The notes under the pieces were generated by a model. The model saw only the letters and a list, made by a program, of their open reading frames with translations, was not told the origin of the DNA and did not search any database. A program made the translations under genes and the position numbers. From assembly GCA_041743165.1 (NCBI GenBank), contig JBGTNH010000020.1:5157-69156 (forward strand): a stretch of DNA of 64,000 bases, in the 5' to 3' direction. The DNA comes from Gillisia sp. (GTDB taxonomy: Bacteria > Bacteroidota > Bacteroidia > Flavobacteriales > Flavobacteriaceae). Numbering within the stretch: position 1 is the stretch's first letter; the number at the start of each line of letters is the position of its first letter. Positions 9,728-19,808 of the stretch are shown here, in pieces.

Positions 9728-11614
9728 TTAGAATTCGATGGCCGAGACCACTTCAAGAGTGATTTCCTTATCTATTTTATCTTCAATTTGTTTTTTGATG
9801 ATCTGCATATCCTTGGCATCAATTGCTTCAGAACTAACTAATTTCACTGAAACTACCAGCCTTTTTCCGAATCTCACCTTAACATCCTTTAATATAACTT
9901 CTTCAAATTGAGATCCTTCAAGTTCCCTGGTAATGCTGGCTTCCTCCTTGATCCGGTTGAAGGAAAGGGAAAGAGGAACCATCACGAGGATTATGATGAT
10001 CAAAGTGTAGATAAGGCCCATTCTGGCACGACGAAAGGGGGCAAAACCAAGGATAAGAAAAGTAATACCTGCAAACATAATAATGCCTGCAAGATTTGTA
10101 AGATAAAGCAGGAATGCCCCTGAAAATACTTCCCAGTCCCACCATCCAATACCAATTCCTGCCACAGATAGTGGAGGAACAAGTGCTACAGCGATCGCAA
10201 CACCGGCAAGGCTTTTGGCAATACCTTTTTCAGCATGGGCATATGCGGCCGCAACACCTGAAGCAACTGCTATTCCCATATCGAGTAAGGTGGGGGAGAG
10301 ACGGGCATCAATTTCAGGAGTCAGGATCTGCAGGGGTATTATTATGCTTACTCCTGCAGCAAAAATAAGCGATACCACGGTTCCCATGATTATCGTCGTA
10401 ATACCCGTTTTTAGCATATTAACGTCATACCTCACCATACCCATGGCAAAGGAGACTATAGGAGTGATGATGGGAGCAAGGATCATAGCTCCAATGATTA
10501 CCGGCGAGGAATTCCCAAACAACCCAAAAGTAGCAATGAGTGTTGAAAGAATCATCATGATAATGTATGGAGCTGTGATCTTTCCGTTGGTACGAAGAAC
10601 TTTAAACAGATCTTCAAATTCCTCGGTAGTGGCTCTTGGGAAAAGCGGGAGTTTTCTTTTGGTGAGTTCCTCACGTTTTTCCCCGGTGGGCAATCTCCCT
10701 ATTTTATAGCTATTTTTAACTTTTTTCACCCCCGGGGAAGTATGTAAACTTTTTTGGTGTAGCAACAAAGCCCCTATTTCTACTTTTAATTCAATTTCCT
10801 TTGCCCTATGTTTTTCACCGTCAATTATATATTCAATTTCTTCTTCATTTTTTATATTGATCTGGGATGTTTTGATCTGGCCAATAAAATCGGGGAGATT
10901 TTCAATAGGTTTCTTCCTGGGTATAAGGCTTCGGAATAAAAACCAGAGCAATTCAATTACATTGTGTGGCGAAATAATAAGTAAATGGAACTTGCCATCG
11001 TCAATAGAGGTTGTTGTCAACAGCCGTTTTGAGATCACAGAATTAAGTGGGTGCTCTACTGCGATCATTCCCAATGCCGAGGTATGGATGATCTTCTCAC
11101 CTTCTGAACTAAACAAAAAAGAGCGGTGTGATAAAGAAGGGATCTTTCTTAAATTCCGTAAAAAAGTATATACTTCAGTAGTAAAATTATTCTTTACGGG
11201 ATTTTTGGTAAGGGCAAATACATCCCCAATATTCACCGCCTGAAATACCAGAAGCCCGTTACAAAAAAGCAAATCCAGTTTTTCACATTCCTTTTGCTCC
11301 AGGATCTCTTCAATTACTTCTCTTATCTTGCCGGAAATCCCCAGGCCTTTGGCCGTATATTTATTGTCTGGATTAGGTAAAACACCCAGCTGAATTTTTT
11401 TCTTTAAGGCCGTCAAAATGAATTCCCTTAAGGAATCATCACATAAATAGGTAAGGGCCAAATCTTTTTCCTCAAGTTCAGTATCCTTCACCGGATATTG
11501 GAGAAGCTTATAATTTTGATCCTGAAGGAGGGGTACAATATCTAATGCTACTTTCTCAACATCTTGCTTTTCATGTAATATATATAGCATAGGCGATCCC
11601 GGATTTTCCTGCAA
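9728..11614 (-). CDS. DUF389/TIGR00341 membrane protein with N-terminal diacylglycerol-kinase-like domain
   Basis: C-terminal SSPVIIGAMILAP, GVAIAVALVPPL, LYLTNL; N-terminal LGVLP...AKGLGI and KLDLLFCNG resemble the YegS/DAGK fold. Confidence 0.75.
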   Translation of the reverse strand: MQENPGSPMLYILHEKQDVEKVALDIVPLLQDQNYKLLQYPVKDTELEEKDLALTYLCDDSLREFILTALKKKIQLGVLPNPDNKYTAKGLGISGKIREVIEEILEQKECEKLDLLFCNGLLVFQAVNIGDVFALTKNPVKNNFTTEVYTFLRNLRKIPSLSHRSFLFSSEGEKIIHTSALGMIAVEHPLNSVISKRLLTTTSIDDGKFHLLIISPHNVIELLWFLFRSLIPRKKPIENLPDFIGQIKTSQINIKNEEEIEYIIDGEKHRAKEIELKVEIGALLLHQKSLHTSPGVKKVKNSYKIGRLPTGEKREELTKRKLPLFPRATTEEFEDLFKVLRTNGKITAPYIIMMILSTLIATFGLFGNSSPVIIGAMILAPIITPIVSFAMGMVRYDVNMLKTGITTIIMGTVVSLIFAAGVSIIIPLQILTPEIDARLSPTLLDMGIAVASGVAAAYAHAEKGIAKSLAGVAIAVALVPPLSVAGIGIGWWDWEVFSGAFLLYLTNLAGIIMFAGITFLILGFAPFRRARMGLIYTLIIIILVMVPLSLSFNRIKEEASITRELEGSQFEEVILKDVKVRFGKRLVVSVKLVSSEAIDAKDMQIIKKQIEDKIDKEITLEVVSAIEF

Positions 11615-11714
11615 GTTAATATTTTTAAAAACCCGAATGTTGGTTTTAACCTTAACTTTACATCCCTGAAATAAAGATCCTATACTACCCTGATCTTATT
11701 AAATAAATTCCGGA

Positions 11715-13400
11715 TTAACTAAGGCCGAATATTACTCCGTCGTTATCAATTGTTATATTTTCTGAAGCGGGATGTGCGGGTAATCCCGGCATCCTCATCA
11801 TATCTCCCAGTATTGGCACCACAAATCCTGCGCCGGCGGCTATCTCGATCTCCCTTACCGTTACGGTGAAATTGCGAGGCCTTCCTATAATCGCAGGATC
11901 ATCTGAAAGTGATTTCTGGGTTTTGGCCATACATACGGGCAGGTTTTGCAAACCCAGGTTGGTTATTGTTTTTAGATCCTTTTTTGCCTGTGGTGAAAAT
12001 TCCACATTTCCGGCTCCATATATTTTTTTGGCAATGGTTTCAATTTTAGTCACCACATCTGTATTCCAGTTGTAAAGCGGAGTGAAATTACTGGTGTTTT
12101 CGTCAACTACTTCTATCACTTTTCTCGCAAGTTCTATAGCACCTTCACCGCCGCTGCCCCACACATCTGCCACAGCAACTTTGACTCCTTTTTCCTTTGC
12201 AAAAGCCTTAATTATTGCTATTTCCTCTTCACTGTCTGAGGAAAATAAATTTATTGCTATAACAGGGGTAACGGTAAACAGCATTGCGCTTTCCAGATGT
12301 TTTTCAAGGTTTGGTAATCCTTTTTCAAGCGCCTCTGGATTAGGTATTTTTAAGGAATCCAGAGGTGCACCTCCATGATATTTAAGTGCCCTTATGGTTG
12401 CGGTGATAACCACGGCTTTAGGGGCAAGATTGGCACTCTGGCATTTTATATTGAAGAACTTTTCTGCACCCAGATCAAAACCAAAGCCTGCTTCGGTAAC
12501 AGTATAATCTCCAAGTGTAAGCCCCATTTTTGTGGCTATCACAGAATTTGTTCCCTGAGCTATGTTTGCAAAGGGCCCAAGGTGGATGATAGCCGGGTTA
12601 CCATTAATTGTTTGTACAAGGTTGGGCTTAATAGCATCTTTAAGAAGACTGGCCATTGCTCCTTCTGCTTTAAGATCCCGGGCATAAATTGGTTTCTTGT
12701 CAAAGGTGTAGCCTATAAAAATATTTCCCAGACGTTTTTTTAAGTCTTCCCTGTCTTCAGCAAGACAAAGAATAGCCATTACTTCAGAAGCAGCTGTAAT
12801 ATCAAATCCGGTCTCACGGGGTATACCATTGGCAGTTCCTCCAAGACCAATCACAATATTACGCAAAGCACGATCATTCATATCCATTACCCTTTTTAGG
12901 GAAACCGTACGGGGATCTATATTCAGGCTGGTATTTTTATTCTGAATATTATTATCAACAAGTGCCGCAAGTAAATTATGAGCTTTTTCAACGGCCGAAA
13001 AATCTCCCGTGAAATGCAGGTTGATATCTTCCATTGGAAGGACCTGTGAATATCCACCACCTGTAGCACCTCCCTTAATTCCAAAAACCGGCCCCAGGGA
13101 GGGTTCCCTTATCACAACTATGGATTTTTTCCCTAGCATGTTCAGGCCTTCAGAAAGCCCTATGGAAACTGTGGTTTTTCCCTCGCCTGCGGGAGTAGGT
13201 GAAATTGCGCTTACAAGTATGAGATTTCCCTTAGCAACTTTTTCTTCGTTGATAATGGAGAGTAGAAGTTTTGCTTTGTACTTGCCATACATTTCTATAT
13301 CATCCTGGTCCAGGCCAAGTTTATTGGCAATTAGGGTAATGTGTTTTAAAACTGCATTTTGAGCTATTTCAAGGTCTGAAGGTACTGATAGAATTTCCAT
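11715..13400 (-). CDS. fhs: Formate--tetrahydrofolate ligase
   Basis: PTPAGEGKTT, REPSLGPVFGIKGGATGGG, GPFANIA, TEAGFG, CMAKTQ, MPGLP. Confidence 0.97.
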   Translation of the reverse strand: MEILSVPSDLEIAQNAVLKHITLIANKLGLDQDDIEMYGKYKAKLLLSIINEEKVAKGNLILVSAISPTPAGEGKTTVSIGLSEGLNMLGKKSIVVIREPSLGPVFGIKGGATGGGYSQVLPMEDINLHFTGDFSAVEKAHNLLAALVDNNIQNKNTSLNIDPRTVSLKRVMDMNDRALRNIVIGLGGTANGIPRETGFDITAASEVMAILCLAEDREDLKKRLGNIFIGYTFDKKPIYARDLKAEGAMASLLKDAIKPNLVQTINGNPAIIHLGPFANIAQGTNSVIATKMGLTLGDYTVTEAGFGFDLGAEKFFNIKCQSANLAPKAVVITATIRALKYHGGAPLDSLKIPNPEALEKGLPNLEKHLESAMLFTVTPVIAINLFSSDSEEEIAIIKAFAKEKGVKVAVADVWGSGGEGAIELARKVIEVVDENTSNFTPLYNWNTDVVTKIETIAKKIYGAGNVEFSPQAKKDLKTITNLGLQNLPVCMAKTQKSLSDDPAIIGRPRNFTVTVREIEIAAGAGFVVPILGDMMRMPGLPAHPASENITIDNDGVIFGLS

Positions 13401-13477
13401 AAGATCAAATATTTTAGGGCTTAAAAGTATCTGAACTCAGGAAGATAAAAAATGATAAAAGTCAGTATTTGAATGAT

Positions 13478-14059
13478 TTATTCTATGAAGCCTTCAAGTT
13501 TCAGGTGCTGCAAAAGTATAATGGTTTTGGCATCCTTGATTTCTCCGGTTCTCATCATACTCCATGCCTCATTAAAATCCATTTGAAGCACTTTAATATC
13601 TTCCTGCTCCTCCTCCAGCCCTCCACCTTCGCTTACTTTCATATTTTCATTATATTCTGCTATAAAAAGATGCATGATCTCTGTCATAGAGCCGGGAGAC
13701 ATATATGTTTCAGCTACTTTCAAGGGATTATTGATCCTGTATCCGGTTTCTTCTTCGGCTTCCTTCAGCACACACTCTTCGGGTGAATCCTTATCGAGCA
13801 GTCCCGCGCAAACTTCGGTAAGCATTCCGCCAGGGTTGCCGTTAAGGTAAGTGGGAAGGCGAAATTGTCTTGTAAGTATAATCTTTTTGGTTTTTGGATT
13901 ATATAAAAGCACGGCGGCACCATCGCCGGTGTCATAACTTTCCCTTTTCAGGTCCAGCCATTCTCCCCGGGAACTTTTTAGTTTAAATTTTATTTCATTT
14001 AGGATTCCCCATTTTTCTGAAAGGATTTTTGTCTTAATAAGCTTTACTTTTTCTACCAT
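13478..14059 (-). CDS. nudK: GDP-mannose pyrophosphatase-like NUDIX hydrolase
   Basis: RESYDTGDGA, RQFRLP, Nudix box AGLLD...KEAEEETG, GGGLEEEQEDI, DAKTI. Confidence 0.8.
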   Translation of the reverse strand: MVEKVKLIKTKILSEKWGILNEIKFKLKSSRGEWLDLKRESYDTGDGAAVLLYNPKTKKIILTRQFRLPTYLNGNPGGMLTEVCAGLLDKDSPEECVLKEAEEETGYRINNPLKVAETYMSPGSMTEIMHLFIAEYNENMKVSEGGGLEEEQEDIKVLQMDFNEAWSMMRTGEIKDAKTIILLQHLKLEGFIE

Positions 14060-14085
14060 TAATAATTTAATTCTTCTGATTCATT

Positions 14086-15357
14086 TTAAAGACATTCAAA
14101 ACATTCGAGCTGCCGTGGACTAAATTTAATATCTTCAGAGCCCTTTAAGGGGGTTGTTATTGGCTCCCTTTCTTCTATAATTTTTCTAAAGCCAATAGCA
14201 TAATCCACAAGATCATTTTTTCTGTGTAAAATTTTTGTTATTATTTCTTCCCCGTCAAGATCGTAAAGGGCAGGAGGCCATGCCTTTTTCAGGGCTTCGC
14301 TGATATTTTTGGAGGTTAAGACCTGTTGAAGGCTTTGGGCCTCCTTAATATAAATTTCTTCAGGAGTGCCCCGAAGAAAATAAACATCAAAGGGATAAAC
14401 CAGCCCGGGCAGGTAATCAATATCTTTCTCAAATGGTCTTACCAGGGGTTCCACATTTTTATTTGAAATGATAGTGGGAATTATTCCATCTATCTTAAAA
14501 AACGCATTATCCCTGTCACCGGGCAGGGGTATTGCTTTATAGCCCTTTTCTGATTCCTGCAGGACCCACCCCCATTGTTTGGAATGCCTGTCCCAGTCTC
14601 CAATGAGCAGGTCAAACAGTCTTGCACGAACCAGTGCAGACTGGTCGACGTAAAGGGAGTCTCCCATTTTTATTTTAAGTTCCTGAAGGTCATCTGTCTC
14701 TAAAATTCTTACTACATTTTCATAAGAAGTCCAGTTAACCTCACTTTGGGTTTCATATTCAAGAAGAAAAAGCCGATCCCCGTATTTTTCATTATAACCC
14801 TTTAAAACCTCCTGTTCCGGAATGAACATGGGTATGGGATGTGTGTGGAGCACTCCGGCCAATTCTGATATAGCGGCCGCAGCTACAGCTCCATAAGGGT
14901 GCTGGGCAGAAATTCCGTCTATTACTATATTTTCCAGCCCAAGGGTTTTGGCAAATTCAGGAACATGGGAGTGGGGATCTTTATTAATGCTGCGCAGACT
15001 GTATAGTATCCCTTCCTTACTTTGAAGACGCAGGGAATGAGTTTGAGTTCCTCCACCTTCCTTAACTATTTTCATACCCCCTTTAAGGGTGTCCAAATAT
15101 ACCACCGGAACAGTTACTGGCGTTGTCCATGCCCGCCGATAATTTGTCCCTTGCATGGTTTCCTTCAAAAAATTTCCTTTATATAATGTGCTGGCAGCAA
15201 CACGTACAGAATCATGGTCGCGAAAATCTATATTTTCAACATCATCAAAATCTATGATAAGGGCAGTCTCAAATTCCTTATTTCCTAAAACAGAGATATA
15301 TACCAATATCAGAAATATCAGGAATAGAATTACAACCAGCCAGGCGATCTTTTTCAT
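14086..15357 (-). CDS. Membrane-anchored hypothetical protein with atypical-kinase-like motifs
   Basis: N-terminal TM helix; GGGTQTHSLRL...LRSINK, LFDLLIGDWDRH and DRDNAF motifs. Confidence 0.55.
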   Translation of the reverse strand: MKKIAWLVVILFLIFLILVYISVLGNKEFETALIIDFDDVENIDFRDHDSVRVAASTLYKGNFLKETMQGTNYRRAWTTPVTVPVVYLDTLKGGMKIVKEGGGTQTHSLRLQSKEGILYSLRSINKDPHSHVPEFAKTLGLENIVIDGISAQHPYGAVAAAAISELAGVLHTHPIPMFIPEQEVLKGYNEKYGDRLFLLEYETQSEVNWTSYENVVRILETDDLQELKIKMGDSLYVDQSALVRARLFDLLIGDWDRHSKQWGWVLQESEKGYKAIPLPGDRDNAFFKIDGIIPTIISNKNVEPLVRPFEKDIDYLPGLVYPFDVYFLRGTPEEIYIKEAQSLQQVLTSKNISEALKKAWPPALYDLDGEEIITKILHRKNDLVDYAIGFRKIIEEREPITTPLKGSEDIKFSPRQLECFECL

Positions 15358-15445
15358 TTTAGTTTTAGATAGGATGCAGGTCTTAATTTATAGCTTAACC
15401 AAGATAAATAGAATCTTTGGGCGGGGAAAACGCTTTATAAAGACA

Positions 15446-15979
15446 TTAGCTTTTTTTGAAACTGAAATCCATAAAGTTCTCCCATTCCTGGTTGTTATGT
15501 TTGAGAAGTGCCAGGTTATCCACCTCAAACCTTGTTTCGTAATCCTTCGCTTCAAGAAATTTCCGGGCAGCTGGAAAGAGGGCTTCTTCGAGGTCACGTG
15601 TGGCAAGAGTTACATGTGGATGATATTCTTTTTCTTCGGAAATTTCAGGAATGGAAGAAAGATTTTTAAGAAGGTCGTGGTGTAAATCCTTTATTTTTTC
15701 TTTCTCTACAACATCTACAAAGAGCACCCGTGGGGGGAAGTTCCCAAATCCTGAAAGCCGGAGATGAAATGGCTTTCGGGTTGCGGCAAAAACTTCCAGA
15801 GATTGCAACAACTGCAATTCCCGGTCTTCTTTAATCTTGAATGGGGGTATTAAAGTGATATGAGCCGGAAGTTTTAAAGCATGCTCTGCACCAAATCTGG
15901 CCCTTATTTCTTCTTTCAGATATTTTATTTCTTCCCCGATATGCTCCGGAGGAATAATGGCTAAAAAGTAAGGGTTCAT
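15446..15979 (-). CDS. 2'-5' RNA ligase-family 2H phosphoesterase
   Basis: Two HxT motifs (PAHITL, HPHVTL). Confidence 0.85.
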   Translation of the reverse strand: MNPYFLAIIPPEHIGEEIKYLKEEIRARFGAEHALKLPAHITLIPPFKIKEDRELQLLQSLEVFAATRKPFHLRLSGFGNFPPRVLFVDVVEKEKIKDLHHDLLKNLSSIPEISEEKEYHPHVTLATRDLEEALFPAARKFLEAKDYETRFEVDNLALLKHNNQEWENFMDFSFKKS

Positions 15980-16075
15980 CTCCTGTTAATTTTATTCCCA
16001 TTAAGTTAATGAAAATAAATAAAAGAACTCATTTTTGGAATTTCCAAAAATGAGCAGTTATATTTTATTTAGAAC

Positions 16076-17296
16076 CTAAGCTTCTACCCGGTCAAAATTC
16101 ATAATAACCTGACCTTTTATAAGGTCTTCCATGGTTTCCCTCTCCCTTATGAGATGTGCTTTGCCATTATACCACATTACTTCTGCAGGCCTGTACCTTG
16201 AATTGTAATTGCTGGACATTGAGAAACTGTAGGCGCCGGCATTGCTGAATGCCAGAATATCCCCTTCAGTGATCTCTGAAATTCTAATGTTGCTTGCAAA
16301 AGTATCTGTTTCACAAATATATCCTACTACAGAATAAAAACGCTGTTTCCCATTGGGGTTGGAGATATTGTGTATGTCATGGTGAGAACCGTAAAACATG
16401 GGTCGTACAAAATGGTTAAAACCACTGTCCACTCCTGCAAAAACCGTTGAAGTTGTTTGTTTGATCACATTTACCCGCACCAGAAATTTACCGGCTTCGC
16501 TCACAAGGAATTTGCCGGGTTCAAAAACCAGGCGTAGCTCCCGACCATAATCTTTACAAAAATCATTGAAACGTTTGGTGAGCTTTTCACCCAATTCTTC
16601 AATATCTGTTTCGATATCTCCGGGAGTATATGGTACTTTGAAACCACTTCCAAAATCCAGAAATTCAAGATTTTTAAAGTTTTTGGCGGCATCAAATAAG
16701 ATTTCTGAAGCTCTCAGGAAAACTTCAATATCGAGGATATCACTTCCGGTATGCATATGCACCCCGTTGATATTCATTTTTGTGTTTTCCACTATTCGTA
16801 ACAGGTGAGGTATCTGGTGAATTGATATCCCGAATTTGGAATCTACATGACCTACCTGGATCTTGGAGTTCCCCCCGGCAAGAATGTGCGGGTTTATCCT
16901 TATACAAACCGGAACTTTAGGGTGCCTGGTTCCAAATTGCTCAAGAATGGAAAGATTATCAATATTTATCTGAACGCCCATCTCAGCAATCTCTTCAATT
17001 TCTTCCAGAGAAACTCCATTAGGGGTGTAAAGAATCTCAGATGGTTCAAAACCTGCTTCAACGCCCAACATCACTTCCTGAAAGGAAACGGTGTCGAGTC
17101 CTGCTCCCTGCATTTTCATCAGTTTTAAGACAGAAATGTTGGAAAGTGCTTTTACTGCGTAATTTATTCGCAAATCCTTAATCTTTCCAAAAGCTTTTTG
17201 TAACCGGTTATATTGTGAAATGATCTTTTCGGCATCATAAACATACACGGGGCTTCCAAATTCTTCAGCAACTTTAAGGAGGTCTTGATTATTCAT
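16076..17296 (-). CDS. lysA: Diaminopimelate decarboxylase
   Basis: YAVKA (PLP Lys), SKFG, HMHTGS, FGSG, EPGKFLV, GYICETD, GAYS..MSSNYN. Confidence 0.96.
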   Translation of the reverse strand: MNNQDLLKVAEEFGSPVYVYDAEKIISQYNRLQKAFGKIKDLRINYAVKALSNISVLKLMKMQGAGLDTVSFQEVMLGVEAGFEPSEILYTPNGVSLEEIEEIAEMGVQINIDNLSILEQFGTRHPKVPVCIRINPHILAGGNSKIQVGHVDSKFGISIHQIPHLLRIVENTKMNINGVHMHTGSDILDIEVFLRASEILFDAAKNFKNLEFLDFGSGFKVPYTPGDIETDIEELGEKLTKRFNDFCKDYGRELRLVFEPGKFLVSEAGKFLVRVNVIKQTTSTVFAGVDSGFNHFVRPMFYGSHHDIHNISNPNGKQRFYSVVGYICETDTFASNIRISEITEGDILAFSNAGAYSFSMSSNYNSRYRPAEVMWYNGKAHLIRERETMEDLIKGQVIMNFDRVEA

Positions 17297-17569
17297 ACAG
17301 GTAAAAAATTAAGCTCCAAAAATACAGAGAAAATGCTATTCCACTAAGGCAACCCGTAAAAAATAACCAAATACTTAAATTTGTTATTAAGGGGTACTTT
17401 GATTAGCTGTTATAAGGCAATCCCATTGCCTTCAGGTTCATTTTTAAAGAGATTTTCTTGTAAAGAACCCAGGAAAGACGTATCAATCTTAATCCTAAAA
17501 AAGATTGGTACATCTTGTATCATTTGCTACTTTTGTAACCCGTAATAAATACTGAAGAAAAAGCAGATT

Positions 17570-18763
17570 ATGAACATACATGAATTTCAGGGTAAAGAAA
17601 TCTTAAGCAGCTTTGGCGTACGCATACAGCGTGGAATTGTTGCTCAAAATGCTAACGAAGCTGTTGAAGCGGCAAAAAAATTAACCGAAGAAACCGGTAC
17701 AGGCTGGCATGTTATTAAAGCCCAGGTTCACGCTGGTGGCCGCGGAAAAGGTGGCGGGGTGAAACTTGCTAAAAACCTTAAAGAAGTTGAAGAAATTGCA
17801 GGACAAATCATAGGCATGGACCTTGTAACTCCACAAACTTCAGCCCAGGGCAAACGTGTACACCAGGTTTTGGTAGCTGAAGATGTTTACTATCCCGGAG
17901 ACAATGAGCCGGAAGAATACTACATGTCTGTGCTCTTAAACCGGGGAACAGGGCGTAATATGATCATGTATTCTACAGAAGGCGGAATGGACATTGAATC
18001 TGTTGCTGAAAACACCCCTGAATTGATCTTTACTGAAGAAATTGACCCTACTGTAGGATTAAGAGCTTTTCAGGCAAGAAGGATTGCCTTTAATCTTGGA
18101 TTAAGCGGAAATGCATTTAAGGAAATGACAAAATTTGTGGAAGCACTGTATGAGGCATTTGAAAAATCTGATTCCTCACTTTTTGAAATAAATCCGGTTC
18201 TTAAAACCAGCGATGACAAGATCATGGCGGTTGATGCCAAAGTAACTTTGGATGATAATGCATTATACCGCCATAAGGATTATGCCGACATGCGCGATAT
18301 TCGTGAGGAAAGTCCTGTTGAAGTGGAAGCCAGAAAAGTTGGTCTTAACTATGTTGATCTTGATGGAAACGTGGGATGTATGGTAAACGGTGCCGGTCTT
18401 GCCATGGCAACAATGGACCTTATCAAGCAGGCAGGTGGAGAACCTGCAAATTTTCTTGATGTGGGAGGTACAGCAGATGCTAAAAGAGTAGAAGAGGCTT
18501 TGAGACTTATCTTAAAAGACGATAAGGTTAAAGCTATCCTAATCAATATATTTGGAGGTATTGTACGTTGTGACCGTGTGGCCCAGGGTATTGTTGATGC
18601 CTGCCGAAATATGGGAGATGCAGTACGAGTGCCAATCATTGTGAGACTGCAGGGAACTAATGCCGATATCGCTAAGGAAATAATTGAGAATAGCGGATTC
18701 GATTTCCACAGTGCTACCGAATTCCAGGAGGCAGCAGATAAAGTACAGGCTGTATTAGCATAA
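17570..18763 (+). CDS. sucC: Succinyl-CoA ligase (ADP-forming) beta subunit
   Basis: MNIHEFQGK, KAQVHAGGRGKGGG, NGAGLAMATMD, ANFLDVGG, NIFGGIVRCD. Confidence 0.97.
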   Translation: MNIHEFQGKEILSSFGVRIQRGIVAQNANEAVEAAKKLTEETGTGWHVIKAQVHAGGRGKGGGVKLAKNLKEVEEIAGQIIGMDLVTPQTSAQGKRVHQVLVAEDVYYPGDNEPEEYYMSVLLNRGTGRNMIMYSTEGGMDIESVAENTPELIFTEEIDPTVGLRAFQARRIAFNLGLSGNAFKEMTKFVEALYEAFEKSDSSLFEINPVLKTSDDKIMAVDAKVTLDDNALYRHKDYADMRDIREESPVEVEARKVGLNYVDLDGNVGCMVNGAGLAMATMDLIKQAGGEPANFLDVGGTADAKRVEEALRLILKDDKVKAILINIFGGIVRCDRVAQGIVDACRNMGDAVRVPIIVRLQGTNADIAKEIIENSGFDFHSATEFQEAADKVQAVLA

Positions 18764-18788
18764 AGTATTTAAATAAAATAAACTTATA

Positions 18789-18816
18789 AAACCCCTGGAT
18801 TTTTTTTCAGGGGTTT
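18789..18816 (+). terminator. Intrinsic terminator after sucC
   Basis: AAACCCCTG/CAGGGGTTT stem followed by T-rich tail. Confidence 0.7.
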
Positions 18817-18866
18817 CTCTTTTTTGTAGCTAATTGGCTACTAAAATGTTAAACTTTCTCATTTAC

Positions 18867-18894
18867 TGTAACATAAGGTGGTGATACCACGTCT
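18867..18894 (+). promoter_or_regulatory. ECF-type promoter candidate
   Basis: TGTAAC-N17-CGTCT upstream of the 18933 gene. Confidence 0.45.
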
Positions 18895-18932
18895 TTAAAG
18901 TATCAATCAATCATCATTTAAAACGAACAGTT

Positions 18933-19271
18933 ATGAAAAATTTAAAAACATTTGCCATTGCTTTGGCGATCATGATCAGCAGCAACACTTTTGCTTCCAA
19001 AGACAAACCGGTAACAGACAAAAATTCCAAATCCTACGAACTAAGCAAGTTGCTGGAAGACCGTTATCTTGAAATTGAAAAGGACTATTATGGAAATGTA
19101 TTATTTTCTGTAAATGAAGAAAATCAAATTGTACTTCATTCCGTTCTAAGCAAAGATGAATTTGTCAGGAATTACATCAATGAAAAATTAACTGATAAGT
19201 TCCTTACTGGCACCAGGTGGGAGGTGGGAAAAATATACAATCTCCCGGTAAAAATGAAAATGAAAAAGTAA
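18933..19271 (+). CDS. Secreted hypothetical protein
   Basis: Signal peptide MKNLKTFAIALAIMISSNTFA; typical AT-rich start context; own terminator. Confidence 0.7.
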   Translation: MKNLKTFAIALAIMISSNTFASKDKPVTDKNSKSYELSKLLEDRYLEIEKDYYGNVLFSVNEENQIVLHSVLSKDEFVRNYINEKLTDKFLTGTRWEVGKIYNLPVKMKMKK

Positions 19272-19277
19272 AATGAG

Positions 19278-19303
19278 AAATCCCGGTTTTGCCGGGATTT
19301 TTT
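19278..19303. terminator. Bidirectional intrinsic terminator
   Basis: AAATCCCGG-TTTTG-CCGGGATTT + T-run between convergent genes. Confidence 0.75.
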
Positions 19304-19345
19304 ATGATATTTTCAGAAGAACCAGGGGTTTAAATGAATCATATA

Positions 19346-19597
19346 CTATTGTGGTTCTACTTTCTTTTTTGGAGGCATTGGACCCCGTTTGTAAATTACC
19401 AGGCCGTTCAGAAAATTTCTTAAAAACTGATCTCCGCATTCCATATATTTTGGATGGTCTTCTGCGCGAAAGATCGCTCCAAGTTCGCTTTTGGTCACTT
19501 TGAAATCCACAAGACCACATATCTCCACGATATCATCGTCGCGAAGTTTTAGTGCAACTCTTAATTTTTTAAATATGTCGTTGTTTGATAATGCCAT
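19346..19597 (-). CDS. DUF1456 family protein
   Basis: NNDIFKKLRVALKL, CGDQFLRNFLNGLVIYKRG. Confidence 0.85.
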   Translation of the reverse strand: MALSNNDIFKKLRVALKLRDDDIVEICGLVDFKVTKSELGAIFRAEDHPKYMECGDQFLRNFLNGLVIYKRGPMPPKKKVEPQ

Positions 19598-19684
19598 AAA
19601 ACAAAAATAAGGATTTAAATGAATAAGAGCTATTCCTATCTTTTTCTTTTCATAATCTTGCTGGTTGCATTGACAAAAAATTAC

Positions 19685-19703
19685 AAATGTATCCCTTACA
19701 TTT
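19685..19703. promoter_or_regulatory. NrtR-type operator upstream of the sugar symporter
   Basis: AAATGTA-TCCCT-TACATTT palindrome with GT-N7-AC core; second copy at 24372. Confidence 0.7.
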
Positions 19704-19808
19704 ATATCATTTTTAATTTTATATTTATCCCCGAGGTTTTTAAATAATATCCTGAAAGCCTCATATAAACAAATATTTTAATAAGATTAAAACATACAAA
19801 CGCATAGT

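Noticed and set aside
10215-11243. Long antisense ORFs in the track (e.g. 10215-10709, 15155-15685, 32939-33484, 36582-37016)
   Set aside because: They are shadows of well-supported genes on the opposite strand, with no motifs or start context.
17297-17569. Lysine riboswitch or leader upstream of lysA
   Set aside because: No L-box motifs or Lys-rich uORF; the region looks like divergent promoters only.
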